Positions 34,856-43,925 of a stretch of 44,680 nucleotides of DNA are shown in pieces. This DNA comes from a virus, in UHGV virus genome UHGV-0024713; one strand, 5' to 3'. Made by a program: the position numbers and the translations under genes. Position 1 is the first letter of the stretch. Each line of letters begins with the position of its first letter. The notes beneath the pieces were generated by a model. That model was not told the origin of the DNA. It saw nothing but the letters and a program-made list of their open reading frames with translations, and did no database searches.

Positions 34856-35107
34856 TTATTTAATCTCCGTAGTGCGGATTTCATCGCGTGGGATAAATTT
34901 GCCGTCCATCTCCACCCAGCATACGCCGTAGCGCCATTGGGTGTTACGACCCGTTTGCTCTGTGTACACAGTCTCGCATTTGTAGCGGTCCGCGTAGTAA
35001 ACGCCCACGACACCCGCGATAGGTACGAAAACACAAACGGCAAGCATGAGGGTAAGAATTACCCAAAATCTAAGTTCGCCATAAATGTCGAAAAATAGGG
35101 ATTTCAT
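34856..35107 (-). CDS. Small membrane protein (83 aa)
   Basis: Internal ATG with GGAGA RBS; one hydrophobic helix. Confidence 0.45.
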   Translation of the reverse strand: MKSLFFDIYGELRFWVILTLMLAVCVFVPIAGVVGVYYADRYKCETVYTEQTGRNTQWRYGVCWVEMDGKFIPRDEIRTTEIK

Positions 35108-35155
35108 CGTGTCGTCTCCAGGTATTAAAAAGGGCGTCCAACCGGACACCCTCAA

Positions 35156-35187
35156 TATAATGCAACCAATATGATTAAGCAACCAAT
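35156..35187 (-). promoter_or_regulatory. Promoter candidate with motif pair upstream of 34856..35107
   Basis: + strand TATAAT-TGCAACCAAT...AGCAACCAAT; minus strand TTGCTT-17-TATATT. Confidence 0.45.
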
Positions 35188-35505
35188 TTACGCATAAAAA
35201 TTCGGGTCGCGCGATACGTCTACCAGGTAAAGGTTACTCATGCGGTTGCCGTAGTGCCCTGGTGTGCGCTGGCGACACACAACGGCGTAGCCCGGAGGGA
35301 TTGTATTGCCAGTCTCGATAATCCACGCCACGCGTGCGCCTGACAGCGTTTTGCCGTTGTATTCGATACGTGTGCCACCATCGGCGGTGTTGAGGTTGCC
35401 AATTTTGCAGCCAGTGGACTTCAGACGGATGACACCGGTCTTACTGTCGTAAGTGAAAAGCTGGTTAGTCATTGCAACCGAAAAATCGATGGCTTCGAAT
35501 GTCAT
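35188..35505 (-). CDS. Hypothetical protein (105 aa)
   Basis: ORF overlapping the methyltransferase-like gene stop. Confidence 0.45.
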   Translation of the reverse strand: MTFEAIDFSVAMTNQLFTYDSKTGVIRLKSTGCKIGNLNTADGGTRIEYNGKTLSGARVAWIIETGNTIPPGYAVVCRQRTPGHYGNRMSNLYLVDVSRDPNFYA

Positions 35506-36212
35506 TTTAAATTTTCCTCATTGACCGCTATTGCAAAGCCGCGCGGAGTGAGCGACCGGATTAATTTGGTGCGTGCTGATTTGCCTCCGAGGCGACTATA
35601 CTGCTTCGAGTACCCTTTTTCAACGAATACAGGCTTTTTCTCCGGCATACGGAAGCCGTTGCCGGTCCATAAGCAGGTCAGCTTCGGATACGAATCGCGA
35701 GCGTTGATATATTCCGGGAACAACGGGTGTACGTCATCCTCCGGTAGATAGCCGCCATACTCCCACGGGTCAAACGAGTGGTCTGGCTTACGCCACTGTG
35801 TGGAAAGCACACTGCGCGGATTCTCAATCATATACGGCACCTCAAAGAAGTCACCCAGAAAAGCGGCGATCTTCGCGGTGCGCACTGCCTTAAGCTGAAA
35901 GGCCGGATCTTTTGCACGCTTGCGCGGGAATGCTTGCGCACCGCTAACTGCCAGATCCGTACACGGCGGGAAAGCGTATATGATATCCGGCGTACCGAAA
36001 TCCCCATTCATCGCGCGGTCCACGAAATCCAGATCGATAAACTCATTACGGTATCGGATACCGCGACCATAAATACGGTAGTCCAGGTACGACCCATGAT
36101 CGGCTTCGGAGTAGTTGAAACAGTAGCATTTGTGCCCCATTTCGGCAGCACGCTCTATCATCAAGCCGCTGCCGTCAAACAACGACCAGATAGTCATTTT
36201 TGCAATAGTCAC
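35502..36212 (-). CDS. C5-cytosine DNA methyltransferase-like protein, unusually short (236 aa)
   Basis: Motif I-like LFDGSG, PC-motif FPPCTDLAVSG, ENV-like YMIENPRSV in canonical order. Confidence 0.55.
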   Translation of the reverse strand: MTIAKMTIWSLFDGSGLMIERAAEMGHKCYCFNYSEADHGSYLDYRIYGRGIRYRNEFIDLDFVDRAMNGDFGTPDIIYAFPPCTDLAVSGAQAFPRKRAKDPAFQLKAVRTAKIAAFLGDFFEVPYMIENPRSVLSTQWRKPDHSFDPWEYGGYLPEDDVHPLFPEYINARDSYPKLTCLWTGNGFRMPEKKPVFVEKGYSKQYSRLGGKSARTKLIRSLTPRGFAIAVNEENLK

Positions 36213-37633
36213 CTGCGCCCCTTCTTAGCTTTCATGTATTCCATCAAGTCGTCCTGAATATCTCGCTTACTGTCGCGACGCTCGGCGACCAATTCATCCA
36301 GTGTCCCGCGCGCCTGGATAATGTAGACGAATACCGGACGGGGGTGTCCTGCTTGCATCTGGCGAACCGGCCCTATACGCTCCACAATCTGCGAAAAGTG
36401 CTCATAGTTCCAGGTGTCTGAGAAGATAGCAAGGTGGTGTCCGCCGTCCTGCAGGTTAAGTCCGTGACCCGCCGATGCCGGGTGTGCAAACATGATGGGG
36501 ATCTCGCCCCTGTTCCACGCTTCCATATCCTTATTCCCTTGCTTACCCTTACCCATCGCTACGCCGTGCGGGAATTTCTTCTTGAGACGCGCCAGATCAT
36601 GCTTGTACTGGTATGCGACGAGCAACGGCGCGCCGTTCAACTCCTCCACGATACTTTCCAGCGCGTCCAGTTTGGCGTCGTGAATTTTCACCCATTCATC
36701 AGTGCGCTCGCCGTCTTCGTCGACTTTATACACGGCACCCGAAGCAAGCTGAAGGCACTTAATAGTCTTCGACGCAGCGTTCGCGGCCTCCACAGTTCCG
36801 CTTTCCAGTTCAGCAAATAGCTCCGCTTCGAACTGGTCGTATATTTTGCGGGCTTTCTTAGGCAGGTCCACAACAACAGGCGTATAGATTGGCTTGTCAC
36901 ATCCGAAGTATTCAGCCGCGTCAACGGTAAGGGATACGTCGGACAGACGTTGTTGTATTTCTTTCTCGGAGTTTTTTAGCGGGGCGTGCTGCATAGTGAA
37001 GCTGCCAGGCTTAACCGGCTTGCTAATAAACCAGCGGTCTGTGAATGCCTCATAACTACTGCCGAGGCGTTCGCCACCATCGACAAACCACGTCTGACCC
37101 CATAAGTCCTTCAGCCCGTTTGGTGCGGGTGTGCCGGTTAGGTTAATCCAGCGTTTGACGTGCTTATGCGCAATAGCCGCCAGGGCGCGGGCGCGCTTAC
37201 TGCCCTGCTTGCTGCGGTAGCCTTTCAGCTTAGTGGATTCATCGGCAACAACGACCGTAAAGGGCCACTCGTCGCCGCAATACTCGACAAGCCACTCAAC
37301 CACATCATAGTTAACACAAACCACGTTAGCGTCGCTCTCAAGCGCAGCTATGCGGTCCTTCTCTGGTCCGGTGCCGTCTACTACCAGCAGGGCAGGGAAG
37401 CGCCATTTTTCTTGCTCCGGGGGCCATGTACCGGACGCAACGCGCAGCGGGGCCAGCACCAGTACGCGGTCCTCCTGGTTGGATAGGATGCCGGTCTGGA
37501 ACATTTTATTCAGCGCCCACATAGTCGCGCCGGTTTTACCCGACCCCATTGTCGCCCATATATTGCATCGCTTATGCTTGAGGATGAACGCGGTTATCAA
37601 CTTCTGATATTCGCGACGTCGGAAACGTGCCAT
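36209..37633 (-). CDS. SNF2/DEAD-like superfamily-2 helicase
   Basis: Motif I MGSGKTGA, motif II VVVADESTK, motif III LTGTP; start at internal ATG. Confidence 0.8.
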   Translation of the reverse strand: MARFRRREYQKLITAFILKHKRCNIWATMGSGKTGATMWALNKMFQTGILSNQEDRVLVLAPLRVASGTWPPEQEKWRFPALLVVDGTGPEKDRIAALESDANVVCVNYDVVEWLVEYCGDEWPFTVVVADESTKLKGYRSKQGSKRARALAAIAHKHVKRWINLTGTPAPNGLKDLWGQTWFVDGGERLGSSYEAFTDRWFISKPVKPGSFTMQHAPLKNSEKEIQQRLSDVSLTVDAAEYFGCDKPIYTPVVVDLPKKARKIYDQFEAELFAELESGTVEAANAASKTIKCLQLASGAVYKVDEDGERTDEWVKIHDAKLDALESIVEELNGAPLLVAYQYKHDLARLKKKFPHGVAMGKGKQGNKDMEAWNRGEIPIMFAHPASAGHGLNLQDGGHHLAIFSDTWNYEHFSQIVERIGPVRQMQAGHPRPVFVYIIQARGTLDELVAERRDSKRDIQDDLMEYMKAKKGRR

Positions 37634-37637
37634 ATCT

Positions 37638-37871
37638 TTATTCCGCCTTTTTCCAGACTTCGGTTTCACTGTTCCAATTCCTTTTTGTGGCGTCGTAGTT
37701 GGTGCGGTGCCCGATGTGCACACCCGTCGCCCGGAAGCTCTTAAATTTTTGCCAGCATACCGTCAACGGCAGCGGGTCATTCATGCCCGCGATAAACCAT
37801 ACGCGATCGCCCGGTTTACATTCGCCCAGCTTGGTGAGTCGGTAATGATCTTTCATCGTCATGTCTCCCAA
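37638..37871 (-). CDS. Hypothetical protein (77 aa)
   Basis: Small ORF between the helicase and zinc-ribbon genes. Confidence 0.4.
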   Translation of the reverse strand: MGDMTMKDHYRLTKLGECKPGDRVWFIAGMNDPLPLTVCWQKFKSFRATGVHIGHRTNYDATKRNWNSETEVWKKAE

Positions 37872-37899
37872 AAATGGCGGGACAAGCCCGCCGTATTAG

Positions 37900-38073
37900 T
37901 TATTTTTGTTCCGCACGGTAGCGGCGCTGCCGTTCGCGCTCTTTCTTATTGCGGCACGATTTGCACTCGGCCCGATACCCGTCTGGACTGCGCGCAGTTT
38001 TACCGGTGTATTTGTGGAACTGGGATAGCGGCTTGACGCAGCCGCAGTTACTACAACGTTTTTCTTCAATCAT
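37900..38073 (-). CDS. Small zinc-ribbon protein (57 aa)
   Basis: CSNCGC...CKSC four-Cys pattern; start at internal ATG. Confidence 0.4.
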   Translation of the reverse strand: MIEEKRCSNCGCVKPLSQFHKYTGKTARSPDGYRAECKSCRNKKERERQRRYRAEQK

Positions 38074-38113
38074 CTCTAAAATCCTCGATATGGCTAACCG
38101 GCACACTATACCG

Positions 38114-38392
38114 CTACGCGACCAATTCAGCAACCAATAAATCACAGTCGGCTATGCTGTCGATGACGCGAACGTCAGCGCCTCGGCGGGCCATTCGCTC
38201 ATGTTCACGTACCTGGTGCGGCTTCGGTTTTCCTCCTGGGCGCTTCACTTCGACGAACACTATTTTGCCGTTGATGATGATAATCAGGTCGGGCGCACCT
38301 ACGCGCCCCTCCCAGGCCATTTTGCGGCAGAATCCGCCTACCTCTTTCACCCGTCGCATCAGGTGTCTTTGGATCTTGCCCTCGGGTGTCAT
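38114..38392 (-). CDS. VRR-NUC domain nuclease
   Basis: PDLIIIINGKIVFVEVKRPGGKPKPHQ (PD...EVK) and size typical of VRR-NUC; start overlaps the polymerase stop. Confidence 0.7.
   Translation of the reverse strand: MTPEGKIQRHLMRRVKEVGGFCRKMAWEGRVGAPDLIIIINGKIVFVEVKRPGGKPKPHQVREHERMARRGADVRVIDSIADCDLLVAELVA
38118..38138 (-). promoter_or_regulatory. Promoter candidate with motif pair inside the 3' end of the VRR-NUC gene
   Basis: Minus strand ATTGGTTGCTGAATTGGTCGCG then TATAGT; -35 TTGCTG, 17-nt spacer. Confidence 0.4.
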
Positions 38393-40683
38393 TATTTCCT
38401 GTACCTGTACATGATGTCGCCTTCCGCGGCAAGCGGGAAGCCTTTCGCCCAAACCGGCAGGTCGCACATCAGCGCGCACAACTCCTCGGTTGTGTAGTCG
38501 TCAGTGTCCGGAACTTCGGTGATCAGTTCATCGTGTACCGACAGTACGATCTCATAGCCAGCGGCCTCAACACCCGGCATGGACCATGCGAGAATATCGC
38601 GGCACAGCGCCTGCACTATGTTTTCCGTCAGTTTGCCGCCGTAGGTATACTGGAAGCCCCACTGGCGCGTAGTCTGATTCTCGCCCTGGTATTTGATGCG
38701 GGTACTGGTGCGCTTCTTGCCGGTGTCTTCGGCAATCTCGGTCGTGACAGACAGCGCAATGCCTGGATAACTCATAATACGCCCCGACGGCAACTCAATT
38801 TTAAGCCACCACCCCGCTGCGTTCGGGTCGTCGCGCTCCTCGTCGAAGGTTGGGTCATGCTTCGCCTTCGTGCGAACAATCTTGAGCGCTTTCTTGCCAT
38901 CAGGGCGAACGTGCGCGCCAGCCCAGTATGCCTTGCCAGGGTTGCGAATTGCGCATAACACCGCATACTCAAGCTCGGCCCAAAATGCTACGGTCTTCGG
39001 GTGGGCCTCACGCCACATGCGTTTGATCGCGTCGCATGTCAGCCACACGTTTTTAGGCAGTATGTAGGTTGGACGCTCGTCTTTCTTGCCAGGCTTCGGC
39101 GGGCGCTTCGCTTCGTTAATGCGAGCGTACTCATAACCACGCTTCGCCGCCGCCCAAATGTGATCCGGGAATGTGCCCTTCATGACGTCTGCCATCGCGT
39201 ACAGGTCCAGGCCCAGGTTTTTAGCGAACTGCAAGAACGCCGCGACGCCGCCACCGTAGCCCAGGCCAAGCTCGCAAGCCTTCCCGATCTGACGTAAATC
39301 CTTGCGGTTGGCTTTAATGTATTCCGGATCGAGGCCGAACATCTTACCGGCAGTCTCACAATAAATATCGCGACCGGCCCTAAACACCATTAGCGCGGTT
39401 TTCTCGCCAGCGATCCAGGCAAGCCCGCGCCCTTCCACGTTGGAGTAATCCGCTACGACAAACTTCTTACCCTTAGCAGGGATAATGCACCCGCGAACGG
39501 TTGAGGCGGTTAACTTCGATATGTCATACGCCCAGTGCGCGGTGCCGCGTAACAGGGAGTTGATACCGTTGGTGAGCATGTGCGACCGGACCCAAAACGA
39601 GACGTCGCTTTCTCCTTCGCGGCGTTTAATCTTCCCTTCGTGGTCGTCACTATAATCGCCGCGCGCCAGGTTTTGAGGCTGAAAGCCTTTACCAGCCCAG
39701 CGCAGCGTGCGCTTTGCTCCTCCATACTGAAGACAACCACGGCGGCGACCGTCGGCAGACAGACCATTTACGAGCGGATTGTACTTAGTCGATGCCGTTG
39801 ATGACGCACCGAGACGCATCTCAATCAGCGCTTTGCCCTCGTCGGGGAAGTCCGGGTCTTCAAGCAAATCGTTCAGCGTGGATTTCTGCGCGTTATGGAT
39901 CGTGAACGCCGGGGCGATATCACGCAGGATTGGCAGGAAGTCGTTGCCTGTTAGCTTACCGCCGAACCGCTCCCATGCCTCCTCCTTCAATTCTTCCTTA
40001 TGCGCCTGCACCGCCTTGATCGCGGCGTTCGCCAGGTCAACGTCCACATGGAAGCCGCGGTCATTAATCAACTGGTCGATGAGCAGGATTTCGTCTTCTT
40101 TCGGAGAGTTGCCCCAGTCCGGTATGCGCCAGTAGACTTCGCGCATTGCCACAATATCCAGCGCGGCGTAGCGCAGGAATTTGGCCCACTCTTCAGGGTG
40201 TGTCTCGCGCGTGTAACGGCGGATTTTGTAGGTTTTAGGGGTAGGCTTACAGAACCGTTTGATCAGCGCCTTGCCGGCCTTATCCTTTGCGTGTTCCGCG
40301 TCAACGCCCAGTACCTGACACTGCATATCGAGGCTACCCGGCAGCGCGTGGCGGAATGCCATAATCATGGTATCCTCGATCTGGCTTACCGGCAGGTCGA
40401 TGCCCCACTTCTCACGGATAACCAGGCGGTCGAACAGGAGGCCGTTAGCCATCACTATTTTAGCCTTCTTGCGCGATACCCGGCGCAGCGCCTTGCGTAG
40501 TTCGCGCGGCATTGTGGGGGACTCAGTGGCATCCCATGTCTGCACGCGGCCCTCGTCGATGGCGTAGGTGCAAATCATAATCTCGGTTGATGGGTGTTCT
40601 GCGTAGGCGTACGCGCCTACTTTCTTCAGGTCCACACCGCTAAATGTCTCGGTGTCGAGAAACAGGCGTTCGAAGTCTTTCAT
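38392..40683 (-). CDS. Family A DNA polymerase with 3'-5' exonuclease domain
   Basis: Exo I FLDTETFS; motif A DYSNVEGR; motif B RQIGKACELGLGYGGG; motif C VLSVHDEL. Confidence 0.9.
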   Translation of the reverse strand: MKDFERLFLDTETFSGVDLKKVGAYAYAEHPSTEIMICTYAIDEGRVQTWDATESPTMPRELRKALRRVSRKKAKIVMANGLLFDRLVIREKWGIDLPVSQIEDTMIMAFRHALPGSLDMQCQVLGVDAEHAKDKAGKALIKRFCKPTPKTYKIRRYTRETHPEEWAKFLRYAALDIVAMREVYWRIPDWGNSPKEDEILLIDQLINDRGFHVDVDLANAAIKAVQAHKEELKEEAWERFGGKLTGNDFLPILRDIAPAFTIHNAQKSTLNDLLEDPDFPDEGKALIEMRLGASSTASTKYNPLVNGLSADGRRRGCLQYGGAKRTLRWAGKGFQPQNLARGDYSDDHEGKIKRREGESDVSFWVRSHMLTNGINSLLRGTAHWAYDISKLTASTVRGCIIPAKGKKFVVADYSNVEGRGLAWIAGEKTALMVFRAGRDIYCETAGKMFGLDPEYIKANRKDLRQIGKACELGLGYGGGVAAFLQFAKNLGLDLYAMADVMKGTFPDHIWAAAKRGYEYARINEAKRPPKPGKKDERPTYILPKNVWLTCDAIKRMWREAHPKTVAFWAELEYAVLCAIRNPGKAYWAGAHVRPDGKKALKIVRTKAKHDPTFDEERDDPNAAGWWLKIELPSGRIMSYPGIALSVTTEIAEDTGKKRTSTRIKYQGENQTTRQWGFQYTYGGKLTENIVQALCRDILAWSMPGVEAAGYEIVLSVHDELITEVPDTDDYTTEELCALMCDLPVWAKGFPLAAEGDIMYRYRK

Positions 40684-40850
40684 TGCTTTATCCTCACTAC
40701 GGCGTCAGCGTTGCCGATCATGGAGAAGATGCCGTCGGAAAGGGTTATCTCCTCGCCGTTGTTGCGAATCTCGGCAACGGTGAAATATTCGCCCAGCAAT
40801 TTGGACCACACCTGCATTCCGACTTTTACTTCGCTGGCTTTAATACGCAT
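40680..40850 (-). CDS. Small hypothetical protein (56 aa), coupled to the polymerase gene
   Basis: Stop overlaps the polymerase ATG (ATGA); under 60 aa so absent from the ORF track. Confidence 0.4.
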   Translation of the reverse strand: MRIKASEVKVGMQVWSKLLGEYFTVAEIRNNGEEITLSDGIFSMIGNADAVVRIKQ

Positions 40851-40862
40851 TTTTCATTGTCC

Positions 40863-40889
40863 TATTAAAAAGCCCGCATTAAGCGGGCT
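40863..40889 (-). terminator. Intrinsic terminator (minus strand) after the SSB-like gene
   Basis: Minus strand AGCCCGC-ttaa-TGCGGGCT followed by TTTT. Confidence 0.6.
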
Positions 40890-40908
40890 TGAATAGAGGG
40901 CTTTGCCC

Positions 40909-41691
40909 TTAACGGCGGCGACGTTTACGTGGTGCTTCGTCGTCGTCTTCGTCCTCATCTTCGTCATCGCGGGGCTTACGACGCTTGCGAGGTTTTGCAT
41001 CTTCCTCATCGTCATCGTCATCGCGGCGCTTTGATTTTTTGGACTTGCGCGGCTTGTCATCTTCGTCATCGTCATCACGACGTTTTGACTTCTTAGACTT
41101 GCGCGGTGCTTCGTCTTCGTCGTCGTTGTCCAGGTCTTCATCAGAGCAAGAAGACCCGCCACCCCCGAAGGCTTCCCCGTCTTCACGGAAGCGCAGCCCC
41201 AGCAATCCCGCACCGAGTCCCTTGCCGTTGGTGTTGTTCCACGCCCAAATATCGAGTGACACGTTGCAATAGCAACCGGAATAGATTTCCTGGCCTTCGA
41301 TCTCGTCGCCTTCAACCGTCAGACCTTGTTCAGTCTGCTTCTCGCCAAGTGACGTTTGGATGTTCGGCTGTTTGAACGATTTGGCGTTGATGTACAACAT
41401 GCCTTCAAACTCTTCGGTTACTTCGTCGCGCTCGTCACCGTCGCGAACTGCGCATTCCTTAGAGTCCTGTGCGTAATGGCGGTCCATCCACTTATCGGCA
41501 TTCTTCTCGGATTTCAGCTTGTCGGTGAGCACTGCGCGCGCTGCCGCTTCCACTTTGTCCACCTGCGGATCTTCTTTATCCAGAAGAATCACGGCACGGT
41601 ATGCCGGTTTTTGTCCATCCTGTTTAGGGGTGTCACGTTCCCAAATTTTCAGGAAACATACGCGCACATTTTTCAGGTTGACTTTAGCCAT
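40909..41691 (-). CDS. ssDNA-binding-like protein (DUF2815-type by recollection) with long alternating acidic/basic C-terminal tail
   Basis: Start at internal ATG with GAGGA RBS; N-terminus MAKVNLKNVRVCF; C-terminal 85 aa made of PRKSKKSKRR / DDDDEDD repeats; position beside the polymerase. Confidence 0.45.
   Translation of the reverse strand: MAKVNLKNVRVCFLKIWERDTPKQDGQKPAYRAVILLDKEDPQVDKVEAAARAVLTDKLKSEKNADKWMDRHYAQDSKECAVRDGDERDEVTEEFEGMLYINAKSFKQPNIQTSLGEKQTEQGLTVEGDEIEGQEIYSGCYCNVSLDIWAWNNTNGKGLGAGLLGLRFREDGEAFGGGGSSCSDEDLDNDDEDEAPRKSKKSKRRDDDDEDDKPRKSKKSKRRDDDDDEEDAKPRKRRKPRDDEDEDEDDDEAPRKRRRR
41005..41120 (-). repeat. Tandem DNA repeats (about 55-57 bp units) encoding the charged C-terminal tail
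   Basis: tcatcgtcatcgtcatcgcggcgctttgatttttt... repeated with variation. Confidence 0.6.
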
Positions 41692-41746
41692 TTTCCAATT
41701 CCTCATTTTCACATGTATCGGGGTTATTGTGAGCCACCCCGTTCGG

Positions 41747-41772
41747 CTTGGTTGCCAATCTACTTGGTTGCG
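41747..41772 (+). promoter_or_regulatory. Direct pair of CTTGGTTGC(C/G) motif variants upstream of the SSB-like gene
   Basis: CTTGGTTGCC (41747-41756) and CTTGGTTGCG (41763-41772). Confidence 0.35.
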
Positions 41773-41781
41773 CCTAAGCGG

Positions 41782-42024
41782 TCAAGCATTTTCATTAAAA
41801 AGATTTCGGGTCACGTAGTTGGTGGCGTTCTCGATCCAGCTTAGCGGCGGGCGTTCGATGTTCTTTTCCACCCAGGCGACGGCAACTTCGCTATAGCCGT
41901 CATCCAGCCAGCGGGTCGGATGGCGAATCATCCACGCCACCATTAACACGCCTTGCACGCAATGCAGGATAAAGCCCAGCGCGCCGAGCAAAAACATCAA
42001 TAAGATTGCGAATACTTTATTCAT
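41782..42024 (-). CDS. Small membrane protein (80 aa)
   Basis: N-terminal hydrophobic helix; overlaps the upstream gene stop. Confidence 0.45.
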   Translation of the reverse strand: MNKVFAILLMFLLGALGFILHCVQGVLMVAWMIRHPTRWLDDGYSEVAVAWVEKNIERPPLSWIENATNYVTRNLFNENA

Positions 42025-43447
42025 TGCTTAAGTCCTCGTCAGTAGCTTCCGACCACGCAGGGCGAGGGTCGTCGATTGGTGCTAATACCGGTTTGGCGGG
42101 TGCGCGCGTGATTTTATCACACAGCTTCGCCCACACTTTTGGTTTTTCGTCCTTCAATACCTTCTCTGCATCCGTAGGGCTGAGCAATGTTTCTTTGTAC
42201 ATCACATCGCGCTTGATCCGTGCCTTCGTGAAGATTTCAATCACTTCGCTCTCGTCCGCCCACTTGCGGATTCCTTCCTTACCGGCAACCATCTTGAGGC
42301 CAAGCGATTCGCCATCACCCGCCATTACAGCCTTAAACACCGCGGACTCGATAGCCTTGATGTGCTGGCGCATTGCGTCCAGGCCTTCATAAGCCTTGCG
42401 CAGTTCCGCGGCGGTCATAGCGCCTGGTGTGGCTTCCTTCTTGCCACGCTTCGCACGTCGTGCCGCCTTCCTGGCTTCGCGGGCCATATTGCGGTCATGG
42501 TTGGCGCATTCTTCCTCTGTCGCAATACTCACGTCGTCGCCCAGGTCTTCGTCGGTTGCCGTTGGGGGTGTCATAGTGTCGATTGCGGCCTTAGCGCGGG
42601 CACTACACTGATCCGCAAATCGGCACCACTGGCACGCATCAACGCTGGGACGGAAGTCGGCACGGGTAAGTCCCCTCTTGCCTCGGGAATACGCCTCCAG
42701 TGAGGCAATAGCGCGCTTGGATGCAAACTTCGCGAATATCTCCAGCGCTTCTACCGAAATATCCCACTCCGACGCCCCGCCGCAATACGGCTGGAAGATA
42801 ACCAGGCGAACGGTCGTAATGTCGTACATAGTTTGCAGCTTGCGCAGCAGTCCGAGCGCGTACAACATAAGCTGTTTGTTCTCTTTCGCCTCGACCTTAT
42901 GCCGCCCGGTCTTCAGGTCGCCAACAATCAGCATGTACGTCCCATCGGTCTTTTTCATGACCATGACCATATCGGCAGTACCGAACGTTTTAATCCTGTT
43001 GCCGTCGATCTCGTAGCCTGAGTGAAGGACGCGGGTCAGATCGGCGCGCATCTCAAGCTGGACAAACTCCGCCACTTCGAGGAGCGGTCGCCAGTGGTCG
43101 ATGTACGCGTCGCACTGTTTCACCATGTCGTCGTTGACCAGTACGCCGCCTTTCGGTGCTTTCGGGTGTGCCTTTACCGGCCCCTTTCCTTCGTTCTCGA
43201 CGTAGCACCCTTTATACGTCTTCGCGGTTATCAGCTTCTCACCGGCGATAATGCGGTTTAGCACCACTTCAGATACGGTGTGCATACTCGTACCGTTAAT
43301 CGCGGCTTGCCCGGATTCGTTCGGGATATCTTTTTCCACCACCAGGGCCGCAGGGCAACCCATCCACTTTTTAGCACCGGATGGCCCAAGTAATGAGTGT
43401 TCTGTATTGCTACCGGATTGCGTTTTACGTTTTGGTTTAATCGCCAT
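42017..43447 (-). CDS. PD-(D/E)XK nuclease, Cas4/RecB-like (DUF2800-type by recollection) with C-terminal Cys cluster
   Basis: 476 aa; CQWCRFADQC Cys cluster typical of Fe-S Cas4-like nucleases; position in the replication operon. Confidence 0.6.
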   Translation of the reverse strand: MAIKPKRKTQSGSNTEHSLLGPSGAKKWMGCPAALVVEKDIPNESGQAAINGTSMHTVSEVVLNRIIAGEKLITAKTYKGCYVENEGKGPVKAHPKAPKGGVLVNDDMVKQCDAYIDHWRPLLEVAEFVQLEMRADLTRVLHSGYEIDGNRIKTFGTADMVMVMKKTDGTYMLIVGDLKTGRHKVEAKENKQLMLYALGLLRKLQTMYDITTVRLVIFQPYCGGASEWDISVEALEIFAKFASKRAIASLEAYSRGKRGLTRADFRPSVDACQWCRFADQCSARAKAAIDTMTPPTATDEDLGDDVSIATEEECANHDRNMAREARKAARRAKRGKKEATPGAMTAAELRKAYEGLDAMRQHIKAIESAVFKAVMAGDGESLGLKMVAGKEGIRKWADESEVIEIFTKARIKRDVMYKETLLSPTDAEKVLKDEKPKVWAKLCDKITRAPAKPVLAPIDDPRPAWSEATDEDLSNE

Positions 43448-43626
43448 TATTCCACCCGTGTAAACTGGACAATTACATATTTCACATTTGCCAGGCCCGC
43501 TTTTTCGACTCGGCGCTTAACTTCATTTTGCGCGTCCACAAAGCAATTGCTTGCGTTGGTGTTTTCAACAATAAAAGAAGTGTGGTCGTTTAATTCGTGG
43601 CATGTTGCCAGCACGAAGAATTTCAT
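43447..43626 (-). CDS. Small hypothetical protein (59 aa), translationally coupled
   Basis: Start overlaps upstream stop and stop overlaps the nuclease ATG (TAATG). Confidence 0.4.
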   Translation of the reverse strand: MKFFVLATCHELNDHTSFIVENTNASNCFVDAQNEVKRRVEKAGLANVKYVIVQFTRVE

Positions 43627-43877
43627 TATTTCGTCTCCCAGCGGTCAATCGTTCTTGCTTCGGATGCAACCGCAAAGCGAACATATTCCAGATTGGAGTC
43701 CGCCCAAATATAAAAGTCGGGGTTAGTAAAGGTGGTGCGCTTAATTTGCGCGGGGGTGTTACGGCGTTTATCTATTACGGCAACTCGTGACTGAAAGCTG
43801 CCGATGCGTTCGAATAGCCAATAGTACGGGCGCTGGTCGCGGGAGTCCACCGCCTCAATTAGCGTGAAGCGTGCCAT
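43626..43877 (-). CDS. Hypothetical protein (83 aa)
   Basis: GAGGA RBS; first gene after the upstream terminator. Confidence 0.5.
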   Translation of the reverse strand: MARFTLIEAVDSRDQRPYYWLFERIGSFQSRVAVIDKRRNTPAQIKRTTFTNPDFYIWADSNLEYVRFAVASEARTIDRWETK

Positions 43878-43890
43878 TGTCTCGTCCTCT

Positions 43891-43917
43891 AAAAATAGGC
43901 CCGCAGATTAGCGGGCC
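43891..43917 (-). terminator. Intrinsic terminator (minus strand) after the charged-repeat protein gene
   Basis: Minus strand GGCCCGC-taatct-GCGGGCC followed by TATTTTT. Confidence 0.6.
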
Positions 43918-43925
43918 GGATAATA

